A DNA stretch of 64,000 bases, taken from Saccostrea echinata (lineage: Eukaryota). Position 1 is the first letter of the stretch; each line of letters begins with the position of its first letter. The notes under the pieces are model-generated. The model ran no database searches. It was not told the origin of the DNA and saw nothing but the letters and a program-made list of their open reading frames with translations. The stretch covers positions 28,148,001-28,212,000 of the forward strand of contig NW_026889765.1 of the NCBI RefSeq assembly GCF_033153115.1, given 5' to 3'. A program made the translations under genes and the position numbers. This document shows, piece after piece, positions 23,750-37,400 of this stretch.

Positions 23750-25217
23750 GGTCTTACTTAAAAACGATACAGTTGCAAAACCAACTGTGGAAAACCTAAG
23801 AAGCTATTTAAAATTCGCTCCATAATGGTACTTGTTAACTCGTCATATATGTAGGCCCCTATTAAAATAGTACGCTTGGAGCAAAAGCCCCCCCCCCCCA
23901 CACACACACACACATGAATACATTGGCAATATATCGTGATGACAAGCAACCTCTGTGAATGACAGGTTTGTTACAGATCACGGAATTATAACAATCCATT
24001 ACATCTGTCATTAACAGCTGTGTTACTGCAGGAAATCGACGGGTTTGCATGCATTGCAATGCATCTTTTAATATATACTTTTTACACTATAATCTCTTTG
24101 GTTTTCTTCTGGTAAATTTTATTTTAAAGAAAGAATGAATAACTATAATTATTATTATTTTTCGGGTTGGGGGGATCTTCAAAATTATGAAAGTGCTTAG
24201 ATTAATATTTGTATATAAACTGTGGCATACACGCACAAGCTTAAGCAACTGCTAATTCTAGTAGTCATGAATAGGTGATTTCTAGCTAGAACCCCTGGTT
24301 TACAAATGGCCATACAAACTACTTAAATCATTTTCTAGCTGATGTACAATCTATGCCAGCTTTCCAATCACGAAAGGCATTCTTATGACTTGGAAATACT
24401 TGTTCAATGTGCAATCTCTTCCCATAACTGAGGTTAAAAATTCTTTATGCCTGTATTTCTAGTAGTCATATGCAATAGATCTAATATTTATTTTGCTCAA
24501 ATACAAGCACTCTTCATGCAGGAAGCAAATCCCCTCAGTCTACTCTTAGACTAACATTCACATTTGAATAAAATGGTTTACTGGCAATGGAATTTTAATT
24601 AGTCAATGTACTTTAAATGAAGAGAAAACCACAAGATTTCAAAATTCATTTGCAAAGTAGATAGAATCATACAAATTTTTGCCTACATTCTATTAAATTC
24701 ATAAATTATCTTTCTTTAAATTTGTATACAGTGTTAGCCCCAGTTTTCGCAGAAAGCCATTTCCCCCCTTATACCTCTCTGTTTTTATTAGACTTTGCAT
24801 GTGATCTACGACGGATCATTATGCTGCGTCTCACATGTGGCTTATTAATTGGTTATTGCTAACCGGAAACGTTTACGATTGGCAAAATGTGAATTATGAG
24901 AGGGACTGATTGGCCGATCGTGATGCCTATAATTATCGGATAGTGTATGCATCATTCTGTGAATTCTGAGAATACTGTAACATGTAGGAAAATCCATAAA
25001 TCAAATTACGTACCAAAATTAATTTAAAACACAAACACAGTTACAAAACATCAGGGAATAGTTTTACAAAAGGATATTTGACTAAGAATACAGATCTCAG
25101 TTGTGCATTTAAAAATCACATTGTTTTTTACTGCAAGTGTCATTTATTAGTGTACAGTAATGTACAATTTAAGCGAATCAATTTTTCCACATCATTATAC
25201 ACAGTCATGTAATTATT

Positions 25218-25602
25218 AACAAGAGGCCCACGGGCCTTAACGGTCACCTGAGTTATACAGCTCTGTTAAATATCATACATGAATAATCAAAGGGAAAAAA
25301 CTTCTCAAAGTAGAGTAAAAATCCCTCTGCATATTTAAAAGACCATGCCCAAACCCAAGAACCCAAAACCCAGTGGTTATGAATTTCACAAATTTGGTAA
25401 AAACATCTTTGCTTACATGTATTACAACTTTGTACTTAATAAGCCTGCTAGATACCCAGGAGCAGAGAATATTCTTTTAAAATGCATTTTCATTACATGA
25501 TCAAGACATTTTCATTACATGGTCGAGAGAGCCCTGTCCTAACACCTGAACCTCTGTCTCAGGGGCAATAGGTCACCGGTGTGATTCAGGTAACCTAGAA
25601 AG
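25218..25602 (-). mobile_element. Degenerate Helentron/HINE-like element
   Basis: AACAAGAGGCCCACGGGCC..GGTCACCTGAG end and AGGTCACC..TCAGGTAACCTA opposite end. Confidence 0.6.
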
Positions 25603-28264
25603 GTACTAAAAAATTTGCAAGATAATAGGATAAACCTCCAGTATTCTCTCGATCTCTTTTTTGTCTTAGCTTTTCAAAAGAGCTTCTTGTTAATTAATAC
25701 AATTTTAATTGCATAGGGGCATTCAGATATTCATTTTGGTAAAAATACGATAAAAAAAAAGTTCACATTTTTTCCTCAGTTATCATTCTTTTTCAAAAAT
25801 GGGAAAAAAATATCAATGAAGTTGTAAAATTTTCCTATTTAATCAGACACAAAAAGGCTCGTTTTCAAAAGTTGCTCTTGATCATGGAATTAACTTTCGC
25901 TCGAACAATTAAATTCCCACTGTACATTCATAAATCTTTGTCTCTAGAAGAATCAGGTTTTTTTTCTGTCAGAATTCCCAGGGATGTGACAGCCAATCAG
26001 GGACCAGAGACACGGGTTTTTACTGTACATAAACCTGGTCGATGGTTTGGCGAAGAACAGCTAGGGGAAGTCAGGTCCGCAAAGAATGCATTTATAATGT
26101 AAGAATTTAATTTACGAAACATTTCATCGAAAGGCCGCTACGAAATCAATGAAATAACATTAACCAAGTTACACAACATTCGACTTTGCTTAAATCCTGA
26201 AGCATATGTAAACCATGGCATAACACTCCCTATGTATTTACATAAACTGTAGACAAATTCACATCCATCGCCATTGTTTATCGGAGTCCACGGATTATAA
26301 AATGTAATACAACGTGAACAATTTCTCCGATCTTTGGCTTAATTTACATTCATATAATGCGATGAATGAAAACCTCTGGGGAAATCCGAATGTTTTTTGA
26401 CAGTCTTCATATTGATCAATTACAAAAATTGTGTTCACATCAAGGCTTACAGGAAAAAATTCAAGGAATATATTATGTCCATCTGGGAGCTTATTGCTAG
26501 ATCGGAACTTGATAACCTCCAGATAAGTTTGGTACGGATAGTAAATATTGATTGAAACATTGATTCTCAACAAAAAAAATCTTGATGACATTTAGCTTGT
26601 TTGATTAATATTCAACTTTTTTTGGCAAAGAAAACTATAACTATAAAGTACATCATACACAATATACTAATCAATTTAAGATTACTAGCAATCGACAAAG
26701 ATGATTTTTGAGACGCCCCCTGCCCCCGCCAGATTTCTTGATAACATCCGGAGGGGAGCGTTCTGTCAAGCACGCCGAGAACAACCACAGGAATTCCATT
26801 TTCCCTTTCATCTCGAGCTTTGTAACCAATCTGCAGTCAACATGAACATGTTCTCGGAAGGACGAGCTACATGGGCCTGCTTTTAGAATCTCATTCAGAG
26901 TGATTTGATTACTGATCCGAAATAGTAAATTACTATACAGAAGGTGTTTTTACCTTACGCGTGATATTACTTAATGAAAAATACATTTCATGTATTAGTT
27001 ACAAGAGTATTGAATACCTATACCTCATAAATGAATTCCCATACAAAACCAGTGACAATTAGGGCCAAAAGTGTACACGTACCTCTACACCCTTGTACAC
27101 TGCAACTACCCCATCACTTTAATAAAAGCAGTTACAACCCTTATACACTTAAATTAGAATCCTGACTTTTTTCTGATGCAAGCAAAACTTTTTAAATTTA
27201 TAATGTTATAGTATACTATTAGGTTAGAATCAGAGGAATCCCGAATAGAAGAATCAATGTTCGGGAAATCGGTTCCTACTTCACTCACGCAATACATTTT
27301 TCATACACATTAAGATATTTCTTATCTGAATGGTTATAGAAAAAAAAATACAGTCCTTCTTTGGTGGGAAAGAATTTATTTTAAAAAAATTACTATGATT
27401 TGCAATATAAATTGCTAAATTCTTATAGAACTGTAGTGACAAGAGACATGGAAGCGAACTAAAATACAGTCAGAGTTGTAATATCAATCTTTCCATCTCT
27501 TCTGTATTTCATCAATATTTTTATGTGGTGCCGAGAATGGTTGTTTTTCCCCGAAAAAAGTCTTTCTTGTCTACCATTTCTTGAATCATAAAAAATTAAG
27601 TACATATCACACCACACTGCATTCTCTATATTTGAGCATGTTGACATGGTTTAGTGCGGGCTAAACTTCCGAAACATATGTCAATGTAATAAGGCATTGA
27701 TGAATTTTCATTAAATAATCATATAAGTGAATTTTTTTGCTGGGGTCGCTTTAACGTTGGCCTTAAAGATAATGACTAACCGACGCATGTAATTCACACA
27801 GCGATATGGATCTAAGCATTCGAAGAGGATTACCATGTTATTCAATTCAATAAGTTGGTTGCATAAGATTGCCATCTCTAAGAGACGCTTTATGCATACG
27901 AAACGCTGTTTATCGATACAAACCATGAAAGGAATCAATATTCATTATTGTCCCATCGCTCGAGTCCATCCATTGCAAACACAAGCATTTAACCCAAAAC
28001 TAGCAGGTTTTGTTATCAACATCAGCGTGTGCAGAGAGACCATCCGCTATCAAATTAGAACTATTTATCAACATGATCAAACTAGCTATTTAAAGACAAG
28101 TGTCCCGAACGAAACATTTTAGATGCATTGTGGGTTTCACACAAGTATCATTTATTCGTTTAGTGCACTGTTATTTATTATATCTTATTTTTGCGAGATT
28201 GTCGTTTGGTATTTCTAAGCGAAACAAAATTTTCAAGAATTTTGGTTATTGTTCTGAATAATTT

Positions 28265-28414
28265 AGGAATGACTCTAATTCTTGGCCAAATTATTCGAGT
28301 ATAACATGGTTTGGGTTTACGCTTTATAATCCGCGAAGCGGATTATAAAACAGCGTAAACTGACCCAAACCAGGTTATACTCGAATAATTTGGCCAAGAA
28401 TTAGAGTCATTCCT
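28265..28414. repeat. 150-bp near-perfect palindrome with GCGAAGC apex; part of a larger element extending to ~29312
   Basis: AGGAATGACTCTAATTCTTGGCCAAATTATTCGAGTATAAC...CCGC GAA GCGG...GTTATACTCGAATAATTTGGCCAAGAATTAGAGTCATTCCT; arm fragment CCAAACCAGGTTATAC recurs near 29229. Confidence 0.85.
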
Positions 28415-28620
28415 TATAATTTAATTTTAAAATCATTAAATAACTATGGGTGTAAAATTTCGTTGCTTTTTATTAGTTCAAATTTGCCGCTCAATAATAC
28501 AACCGTAGTAACGGAAGTGATGGGAAGCGAGGGGAGGTAAAAAATGATACATAGGCCTAGCGGCCTTGTTGTTTGTTTATATGTTGTAAGATCGAATTAT
28601 TGTTTGGAGTGAAAGGTACA

Positions 28621-29119
28621 TTTATTAGTCCCCTACCGGTGAAACCGGAGGGGACTATAGGTTTCCTCTGAGTCTGTCCGTCCGTCTGTCTGTCTGTCCG
28701 TCTGTCTGTCTAGCTGTCTGTCTGTCTGTCCCTCTGTCTGTCTGTCAGTCTGTCCCACTTGGTTTTCCGCACTTTTTTCCTAAACGCTTGCAGATATTGA
28801 GCTGATTTTTGGTATGTTAGTGTATCTTGATGAGTTACAGATCAAGTTTGCATTTCGTTCCGCTTCACTGAATTTTGACGGAAATACGGCCTTTTCAATT
28901 TTTAGGGGTTTTCCGCAATTTTCTTCTTAACGTTTTCAGATATTGAGCTGATTTTTGGTATGTGACTTAACTTTGATTAGTTATAGATCAAGTCTGCATT
29001 TCGTCCCGCTTCATTGATTTTTGACGGAATTATGGCATTTTCAATTCTTAACGGGAACCAGATTACACTTGCCGGTAGGGGACTAGTATTGCTAATGCAA
29101 TACTCTCAGAATGCTTGTT
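28621..29119 (+). mobile_element. Pearl/CvA-type Helentron-associated element
   Basis: TAGTCCCCTACCGG / CCGGTAGGGGACTA subterminal inverted repeats; GTCT/GTCC microsatellite; 2 core repeats; T-rich ends; second copy at 59152. Confidence 0.82.
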
Positions 29120-29567
29120 AAATCTGGAATTTTCCACGAATCCCGAGGACTGGAAATGAGAGGATTGTATGGATACAGATGATTCAGCTGGTTGTCCGGG
29201 GGGGAGGGGGGGGGGGGTTGTCCCCATACCAAACCAGGTTATACAGAAATAATTTGTGTTCCTTTTTGGATATTAACCAATCAGAGGCTAGAATACAAAC
29301 AAAATTAAATTATTCTTTAATAGTAGTTTTATAGGCGAGAATGAAATTTTTGCGAGCAGAGGTCTCGCGTAATTACGCGAAAATAAATTTCTCACGAATA
29401 AAGAGTGATTTACAGTATTTTTTCCATGTATAAAATGTATGAAGCGTATGAAGATTTGCAATGATGGAAATATCAAGTTTCCAGGGATTATTCACATTAT
29501 ATAAAGGTTATAAATAAAGTCCTTTTTCTATAGACAAAGTAAAAAATTTATCTTAAAAGACAAAATT

Positions 29568-29600
<33 letters not shown>

Positions 29601-30097
29601 TATTTCTCTCTTCTTCAAACTTTTTGTTCAATAGGTTATTTATTTCTGCATCTTGACGGTCTGAAAAAATCTCAACCAGTAAGAAGAATCTCATGGGCTT
29701 TGATGGTCACTTGACTATCGGAAGTATTCCTAAATGCTTTTTAAGCTCTGCCACTTGTACAAGGTTTCATAAACACCTGTTACAAACATTTTTTATATGT
29801 TGCTCTTCCACAAATTTAGATGTTCAACCAAAAATCACAATTTTCTGTCAGCAAAAAACTTTTAATTTATCTCATTTACTAGGTAATAAAGCAAGACGAT
29901 GTCATGTTTGTCCTATAAATGACCTTAAATTTGTCCATATTACCTACATGTAGAATTATTGCTTCGACAGAACCTTGATCATGTTTAGCAATTTTATATA
30001 AAGTTGTGAGCTTCTAATGATTCTCCATTTATCACACTCGATCAAAGGTTGTGTTGGAACGACTTAGTCAAGTAGACCCCTCAATTTTTTAAAATGG

Positions 30098-30231
30098 NNN
30101 NNNNNNNNNNNNNNNNNNNNNNNNNNNNNNNNNNNNNNNNNNNNNNNNNNNNNNNNNNNNNNNNNNNNNNNNNNNNNNNNNNNNNNNNNNNNNNNNNNNN
30201 NNNNNNNNNNNNNNNNNNNNNNNNNNNNNNN
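30098..30231. other. Assembly gap
   Basis: 134 N. Confidence 1.
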
Positions 30232-31246
30232 GGATCCAGTTCTAAATTATATTTAAGGTTATGGAATTTTTTCTGAATTCAGTCATCGTGAAAATGAAAT
30301 ATGTTACATGTATTTTTAATTAGTCAGCCTCAGTCTGGGGTTTGAAACCCTAAACATAATCTGACTGCAACATGAGCAGTGAGCTGACGGCATAATGTTA
30401 TTTAAACCCAAATTTCATAGCATTTTGTTCAGTATATCCAGACAAAGATTTCCCTGAGCACATATTTCAAGGATCCATTGTAATGCATAACATATAATCA
30501 ATTTAAACCATCCTGCATGCACCCTTGATGTCTTAAAATTCACAAATTAGGAAGAAGAGATTTTGCATCTTACATTTATGCATAAAATTAGTTAGATCTT
30601 CAGGAGTAAATGCAAAGACTTTCCAAAATATAACCAAGTTTACCAAGGTTACACCATGAATTGAACTAGAAAACTGAATTTAGATACAGTTATAAGCTTT
30701 TGTATTATTTAGAGCACGACATCTATAATCGAGTTGAATCTCAACAGTGGTCAAGTTGTCAGATTTTTAACACAAGACTAACAAGACCTTGCTATTTTGC
30801 AGAAGATTTTTAAGCTATTTTTCTCTGTGCATTACGTAAATTTTTATCACAAATTATAATCCCAATCTAATGCATAATGCAATCTAATGCCCATGATTTG
30901 AAAAAAATGAATCCACACAATTTAAGAATGTTTGCATATTTGTTTGATTTAGTAGGTGCCTGATTATCTTATACGATTTTTTCATATAATTTTCGCTGTA
31001 AAACTCTGATCCCTTATAGAAACCAAACCCTACCCCGAGGCCATGATTTGAACAAACTTGAATCTACATCAACTGAGGATGCTTCCTGATTTATGACTAA
31101 TCATGCTCTGTTATTCGTCAGAAGAAAAATTTTAAAGATTTGTTTCCTATGTATTCCAATATAAATCTTTAATCACCTTATTGTGGCCCCACCCTTCGCG
31201 CATGAGTCACCTGAATCTACACTTCTTGATAATACTTACATAGATA

Positions 31247-31790
31247 ATGAAAATATGGAAATAACGAACAGTGTTCAAGCTCAAAAGTCCATTAAACATA
31301 CAAATCAGGAGCAGAGCAAACACGGACCTCTAAAACATGCATCAGAGGTGGGATTAGGTGCCATGGAGGAGTGAGCATCCCCTGCCGACCGGTCACACAA
31401 TATGTGTGCTCCTTGTCATGATCGGGAAAAAAGGAAAAATCCGTCGACAATTCAGTATGTAATAATGGCCTAACAATTAGTATGAAAAACGTCAGTCAGT
31501 TTGACTTAATGTTAGATTGTTTTTGCTGGCAAGATCAAAGTATCGACCATAGAACTTACGAAATGATGACTTTAAAAGAAACTGCTGATATTCTTCATCA
31601 ACTTGTTTGGCAATAACCTACCTCGTTTCAGAAATTGATCACACGAAGAGCATGCTCTTGCGTATCGAATCAACTAAGAGATATAAACCCCGTTTGCAGG
31701 TGATAAAGGTACATTGCTGCATAAGTAACGGAAGTTGACGACTGAAAAGTTAGTCATCACGTTTATCATAAAGCTTTTTTGTTAGATTAC
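31247..31790 (-). mobile_element. Penelope-like retroelement 3' fragment
   Basis: minus strand encodes degenerate LYDKRDD..VNF..SNVPLSPA.GVYIS.LIRYARACS followed by the terminal repeat shared with 58910-59150. Confidence 0.7.
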
Positions 31791-33171
31791 CATTAACGTC
31801 TTTTCATGTAAGGGTCTTTTTTCAAGTGTCTTTTCAAGTAACTAATCATGGCCTTGCTGTTTTTCATCTGATTTTTATAAAGAAAAAAGATTTTTTTCCT
31901 ATGTACAAGTATTCCCATGTAGAAGTTCCTATTGTGGTTCCGACCTACATGTACCCCCAGGGGCCGTGATTTAAACAAAATAGAATCTACTCTGTTTCAA
32001 ATTAAAAAAAGAAGTTTTCTTATAAGCTTCAGATTTTCTAGCCCAGTGTTTCTTGATTCTCAATTATCTCCCCTTAAAAGAGGACGGGGCTCCTGATTGA
32101 ATAAATTGAAACTCCATTCACCCAAGAATGGGCTGTGGCAAGTTTGACTGAAATTGGCTCTGTTCTAGAGAGAAAAAGGGTCGAAAGTTAACAGACACAC
32201 AGAGGGATGGACAAACGGACGCCGGACAAAATGTTAACACCTCTTTTTCAACAGCTAAAAATGGATTTTGTTACCGTGTTTCTTTAGAATGAGTATATAT
32301 GAATTCTGTTCTGATTGGAAATCTGATTGTATTGGTTTGTGAGACATGTAAATAGTGTAGAAACATCTATACTTATAAATTAATAAATTTTGCAAATAAA
32401 CTCCGAAACGGGTGCACCAGAGTTCTTACTTACTCCTCTAAGAATACACACGATACAAGATGATGTCCGTAAACTATATTTAGATTTCACTTGCATTGTA
32501 AGTATCGTACATTAAATTAAAAGTCTACTTTTATTTTCTATAAACAGCCATGAAATAGCAAAAACGTGAGTACGGTGGCGTTTCCGGTTGGCGGATCAAA
32601 GTTACTGTCAATTTTTAATGAAACTGACAACAAGCAATCGTTTATTTATTTCCTTGAACGTCATTACTGAATTATTCAATCAAAACTTAATTTAAATGAT
32701 ATAAAAGAAATAAGTTGTGATAACCGATTAAAAAGGGAAATGTGCAAGTTATTTTCGTCATTCACCGATCGTAATATTGTCGGAAGCTTCTAGAACATCA
32801 TATAGCATCGAGCCCGATGTTAAAAAGAAAAAAAATAGCTTTTGTGTGAATGGTCATTGAAATAATGGTAAATCATTGATAACACTGTAAGTTGTGAATA
32901 TATTTATATATCGAAAGACTATTACATATATGTAGTAGGTTTTCCTAATAAATTTATCGGTAAAATTTGTATATATTCCTCACTGAAAGCATCGTGGCAA
33001 CGAACCCGAAGTACAATTTGTACTTCATAATAAACTTGCTTACATGAAAAGAGAATATCAATGAATAAGGCATTATTCAAATACAATTATGTTGTTTAAT
33101 TTTGTGCTTTAATTTATACATTTCAGTTTTTTTCTGAATACAGTCTTTTGTATCAAATACTCGGCCTATTC

Positions 33172-33329
33172 CAGTGGCGGATCCAGGAATCTTGAAAAAG
33201 GGGGGCAACCAGTTTGGGGTTGGGGTAGGGGCCCACGGACACACCAAAAAAAAATGATTTATTAAATTTTATGTATATTTTGGACACAAAACGGGAGGGG
33301 GGTTGGGCCTCCCTCTAAATCCGCCAGTG
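33172..33329. mobile_element. Short hAT-like MITE with 5-bp TSD
   Basis: TATTC|CAGTGGCGGAT...ATCCGCCAGTG|TATTC. Confidence 0.72.
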
Positions 33330-34854
33330 TATTCATAGGGCGTTAAATAAAAGCTAATTTTTACACAGGTACTTTTAAGTCTTGGATTATAAATATGTAT
33401 ACATGTACCTTATTGATATGTAAAAAAAAAAAAAAAAGAGGTAATTTATTCGTGACGGAAATGAAATAAGAGCATTTGAAGTACAATATCCATAACATAG
33501 TACATTGTATATAACAGGTTTCACAATAAACGTCAATTAATGATTTTGTTATTTAAGTTTTACGGGGGGGGGGGGGGGTTGGAGACGTACTTCTACTTCA
33601 TGCGGGATTTTGAACAAAGTATTTCTTCCTGCTATAAGCCTGTAGGCTGTCAGTAGAAACTACAATATATATATTATTAGATTTTTTTTCTGTCGGTAGT
33701 GGTATAAATTCAATTCCCCGCGCTTGCGCGGGATTTCATCTAGTTATAAATTTAAAGGAAATACAACGATCCAACAAGACACAATATTTGTTTTACTTTT
33801 TTATTTGCAAATGTTCGCTCCATCAGTCAATAAAACACATCACAGTGCTATTCATGTTTTAATTTAAACCATTGCTCTATTTAGATGAACCTTGAGGTAT
33901 GATGGTATGCAAACAAAAGTACCTAATAAATGAAGAATGTATGGCCTTTTTTTCATAATTTACACTTCCGCCTCAAAAACTTTAACCTGCAAAGCGAAAA
34001 TTAATTTTAACCATACCATCATCAGGATCATATGAGTTTAATATATCAAATGGTCAGTTTAGAGTTGCAGAGTTATAATTTCAAAAGCTCCATGAGAAAT
34101 TGATTCAGAGCCATGATATCATGAAAATTTCAGCAATTAGAACACGTCCAAGGGGATTTCGAAGCAATTTTACTGAACGGGATAAACATACTAATGTAGA
34201 TCAGAGCAATTTAAACTAAACATTTGTGTCCGAAACATTATTAAAATCGACACATACATTTCTACCGGACATATCCAATGACAATTTGACATAATTTCCT
34301 TTCCAGAGTTTCATGATCTAACGGTGGTTTAAGGACTTATTGTCCCCTAATAAAACATATCATTCATTTCTGCTCTATCACAGAATATTAGCAAAATTTC
34401 AAATCAAAACATTCTCTATTTCCTTAGCTGTAAGTTAATCGCAAATCACTATCCAGGTCTAGTTGTTCACTATGCTAGCACTTACAACAACATAGTTGTC
34501 ACCTAAATCACGGGGAAGTCATTATCCCATCCCCAATTCTCCAAAGGATGGAGACTATTTTTTGAAAACTTTTCCGTCTTTCACAAGAACGAGTCTTCGA
34601 ACATAACTTTGAAGACCTGTCTGGAATGTATTCAAACTGTTGCCTTTAACAATAAGGTCTCTAATTATCTTAACATATTTCAAAGATAAAAGTCTATCAT
34701 CTCAATGTTATTCCTAAAGGTCAGCGTAACAGAGACTTGAAGAGAGAAAAATTGTTTTTCACCAATGGCCTGAAGGAATGTAATGACCTTGACTCACAGG
34801 TGTCAAAAGTCAAGGTCACTAGGCTTGGCATCTTAAATACGAAAATCTTCCCAA

Positions 34855-35171
34855 CATGGCCGTAGGAACCGGGGGGCACGGGGGGGGGGGGCGTGCCCCC
34901 CCCCCCCAATAATTTTGCCGATATATAGATTACTATAGAAAACATAGCTACTACACGCATGTGCCCCCTCAATTAAAACGTCTGATGACCTTTTTTTTTT
35001 TTTTTGTTTGTTTTTTTTTTTGTTTGTTTGTTTTTTGTTTTTTTTTGTTTGTTTGTTTTTTTTTTTTTTTGCTTGTCAAGGAATTTTTGGTAGTCGATAG
35101 TGCCCCCTCAACTGAAAATGTATGACTGTGCCCCCCCCCCCCCCAAACTGAAATTGCTTCCTACGGGCCTG
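34855..35171. mobile_element. hAT-like MITE with 5-bp TSD and G/C/T homopolymers
   Basis: CCCAA|CATGGCCGTAGGAA...TTCCTACGGGCCTG|CCCAA. Confidence 0.72.
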
Positions 35172-35929
35172 CCCAAGGCAATATTTTGTGACAGTTGATT
35201 AATACTTCAACGCTGTTATCCGTTATATAACGAACATTTAAACGTCACTATCTCGATTTAAGAACATTCAGATGTCATCAGGATTACATACTTATGTCCA
35301 AGGGTACGACATATTCTAAAGATGTCATAGTAAGTTGGGACAATCGTGTGTGCCTTAACATCAACATGTCTAGTTATATATTTCCCCAGGGAGATCTAGC
35401 TTACCATCTGGATCTCCTCTATCAAAGAAGGTTTTGTTATGAATTTATTTTGATGCTGTTGATCTTCAGTAGGTTCAGTGGTTTTGGAGAAATCAAGAGT
35501 GAAAAAAGAGAACAGAGGGAAATAGACTCTGAGTTAACATTTGAACAGAAAGCATACATGGTCCTCTTACATTAAGTCGAATGTTGACTGACATTTTTCA
35601 TATACTAGTAAATTGTAAGGCCATTATTTCAACTGAATTGTCTACGAATTTTTTCCGTTTGCCCGATCATGACTAGAAGCACACGGCGGGTACGACAGGT
35701 CGACAGGGAATGCTGACTCCTCCTTGGCAGTTGATCCCACCTCTGATATTTTTAGAGATCCATGTTTGCTCTGCTCCAAATTTGTTTTGTTTCAATGGAC
35801 TTTTGAACTTGATTACTGTTCGTTATCTTCATTTTTCATGTAACCCTGACTCAAGCAGGGATTGAATACCGGACCCAGGAGGCATCAGTTTTATAATTTT
35901 GGTAAAGTACTACTTGTAAATATGAAAAC

Positions 35930-36311
35930 TACGGAAGCCGGTAGGTGCCAGGTAGAAAAATATTTTATCTGGCGGCCGCCAGATACGTTTCTGGCGGCCG
36001 CCAAATAATTATCTGGCGGCCGCCAGATAAATAACTGGCGGCCGCCAGAAACCTATCTGGCGGCCGCCAGAAACTTATCTGGCGGCCGCCATATAATTTT
36101 CTGGCGGCCGCCAGATAAAAAGATCTGGCGGCCGCCAGATAACTTGTCTGGCGGCCGCCAGAAAGTTATTTGGCGGCCGCCAGATAAGTTTCTGGCGGCC
36201 GCCAGTTATTTATGTGGCGGCCGCCAGATAATTATTTGGCGGCCGCCAGAAAGTTATCTGGCGGCCGCCAGATAAAATATTTTTTCTACCTGGCACCAAC
36301 CGGCTTCCGTA
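35930..36311. mobile_element. IS3EU-like MITE that is almost entirely a 14-unit GGCGGCCGCC palindrome array
   Basis: TACGGAAGCCGG...CCGGCTTCCGTA TIRs; 6-bp TSD GAAAAC; 22-bp period. Confidence 0.92.
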
Positions 36312-36519
36312 GAAAACAATCATGTCCATAAGTAAAAAAAAGGATTTTCAAATTTGTAAAGTACTTTTTTCAAAATATGTCCATTTGAGTACCACCATGG
36401 GATCTTAACCAGGGGTCCATGAATTTAACAATTTTGGAACAGGTTTCAGTGGTCATTATAATCTTGAAAACAATTTTTTGTTAGCCATTCATGTGTAAAG
36501 AAGAAGATTCTCACGAAAA

Positions 36520-37400
36520 TATTAACAGCAGTGAAGGAGAAACTTCGAGAGTACTGTATAACAACATATCCGAGAAGTGGTGCAAATCAGATGTGGATAC
36601 TTAAAAACTCCAAGGAATTAGAAAATTTGATATTCATAAAATTTTACCAAAATCAATAGCATCAAAACGTACGACTTTTCAACACATTATACAACCATTC
36701 CCCATGATAAATTAAAGACCAGACATTTTGACATCGTAGACAACTGCTTTTTCAATAAAAACGACGACGTTCTAGCAATTAACAATATTCAGTTTCATTC
36801 CTACATTGATTCGATATATCCCATTTGAACTCGAAGTAAAAGACACCACAGAGTCTGACACATCTGTTTCATATTTGGATATTTACTACAGAAAGCCATT
36901 GATGGCAAGCTGACAACTTAACTTTATGATAAACGTGGTGACTTCAACTTTTCTATTGTCAACTTCTCTTATTTATGAAGCAATATAACATTGTCATTTG
37001 CATATAGAATTTATGTCTCCAAGTTGATTTGATACGCAAGAGCATTTTCTACGAACGAACAATTTCTAAAAGGAGGCAGGTTATAGCAAATAAGTTGAAG
37101 TCAACATTTCGCAAATTCTAAGGTTGATACAATGACCTTCTTTGCAAATACAATCGGTCGTTAAGTTGAATGTTGATTACCGTTTTTCATTAAAAAAAAA
37201 ACTGTTAGGCCATTACTTTCATGAATTATCTACGTTTTGGTTCGTTTACCCGATCATGACAAGGATCACACGGCGACAGGGGATGCTAATACTTCCATGG
37301 TACCTGATCTGACCTATTTTCAGAGGTACGTGTTGGCTCGATTTGCTCCAGTTTGTATTTTTATATTGACTTTTGGAAGTGATCACTGCTCGTTATATTT
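36520..37400 (+). mobile_element. Penelope-like RT pseudogene fragment (internally deleted, frameshifted)
   Basis: QMWILKNSKEL, YDFSTHYTTIPHDKLK, DDVLAINN, YDKRGDFNFSIVNF motifs with stops. Confidence 0.78.

Noticed and set aside
35930-36311. CRISPR array
   Set aside because: Linkers are only ~12 bp, related to each other and mirror-symmetric; the array has TIRs and a TSD; context is eukaryotic with no cas genes.
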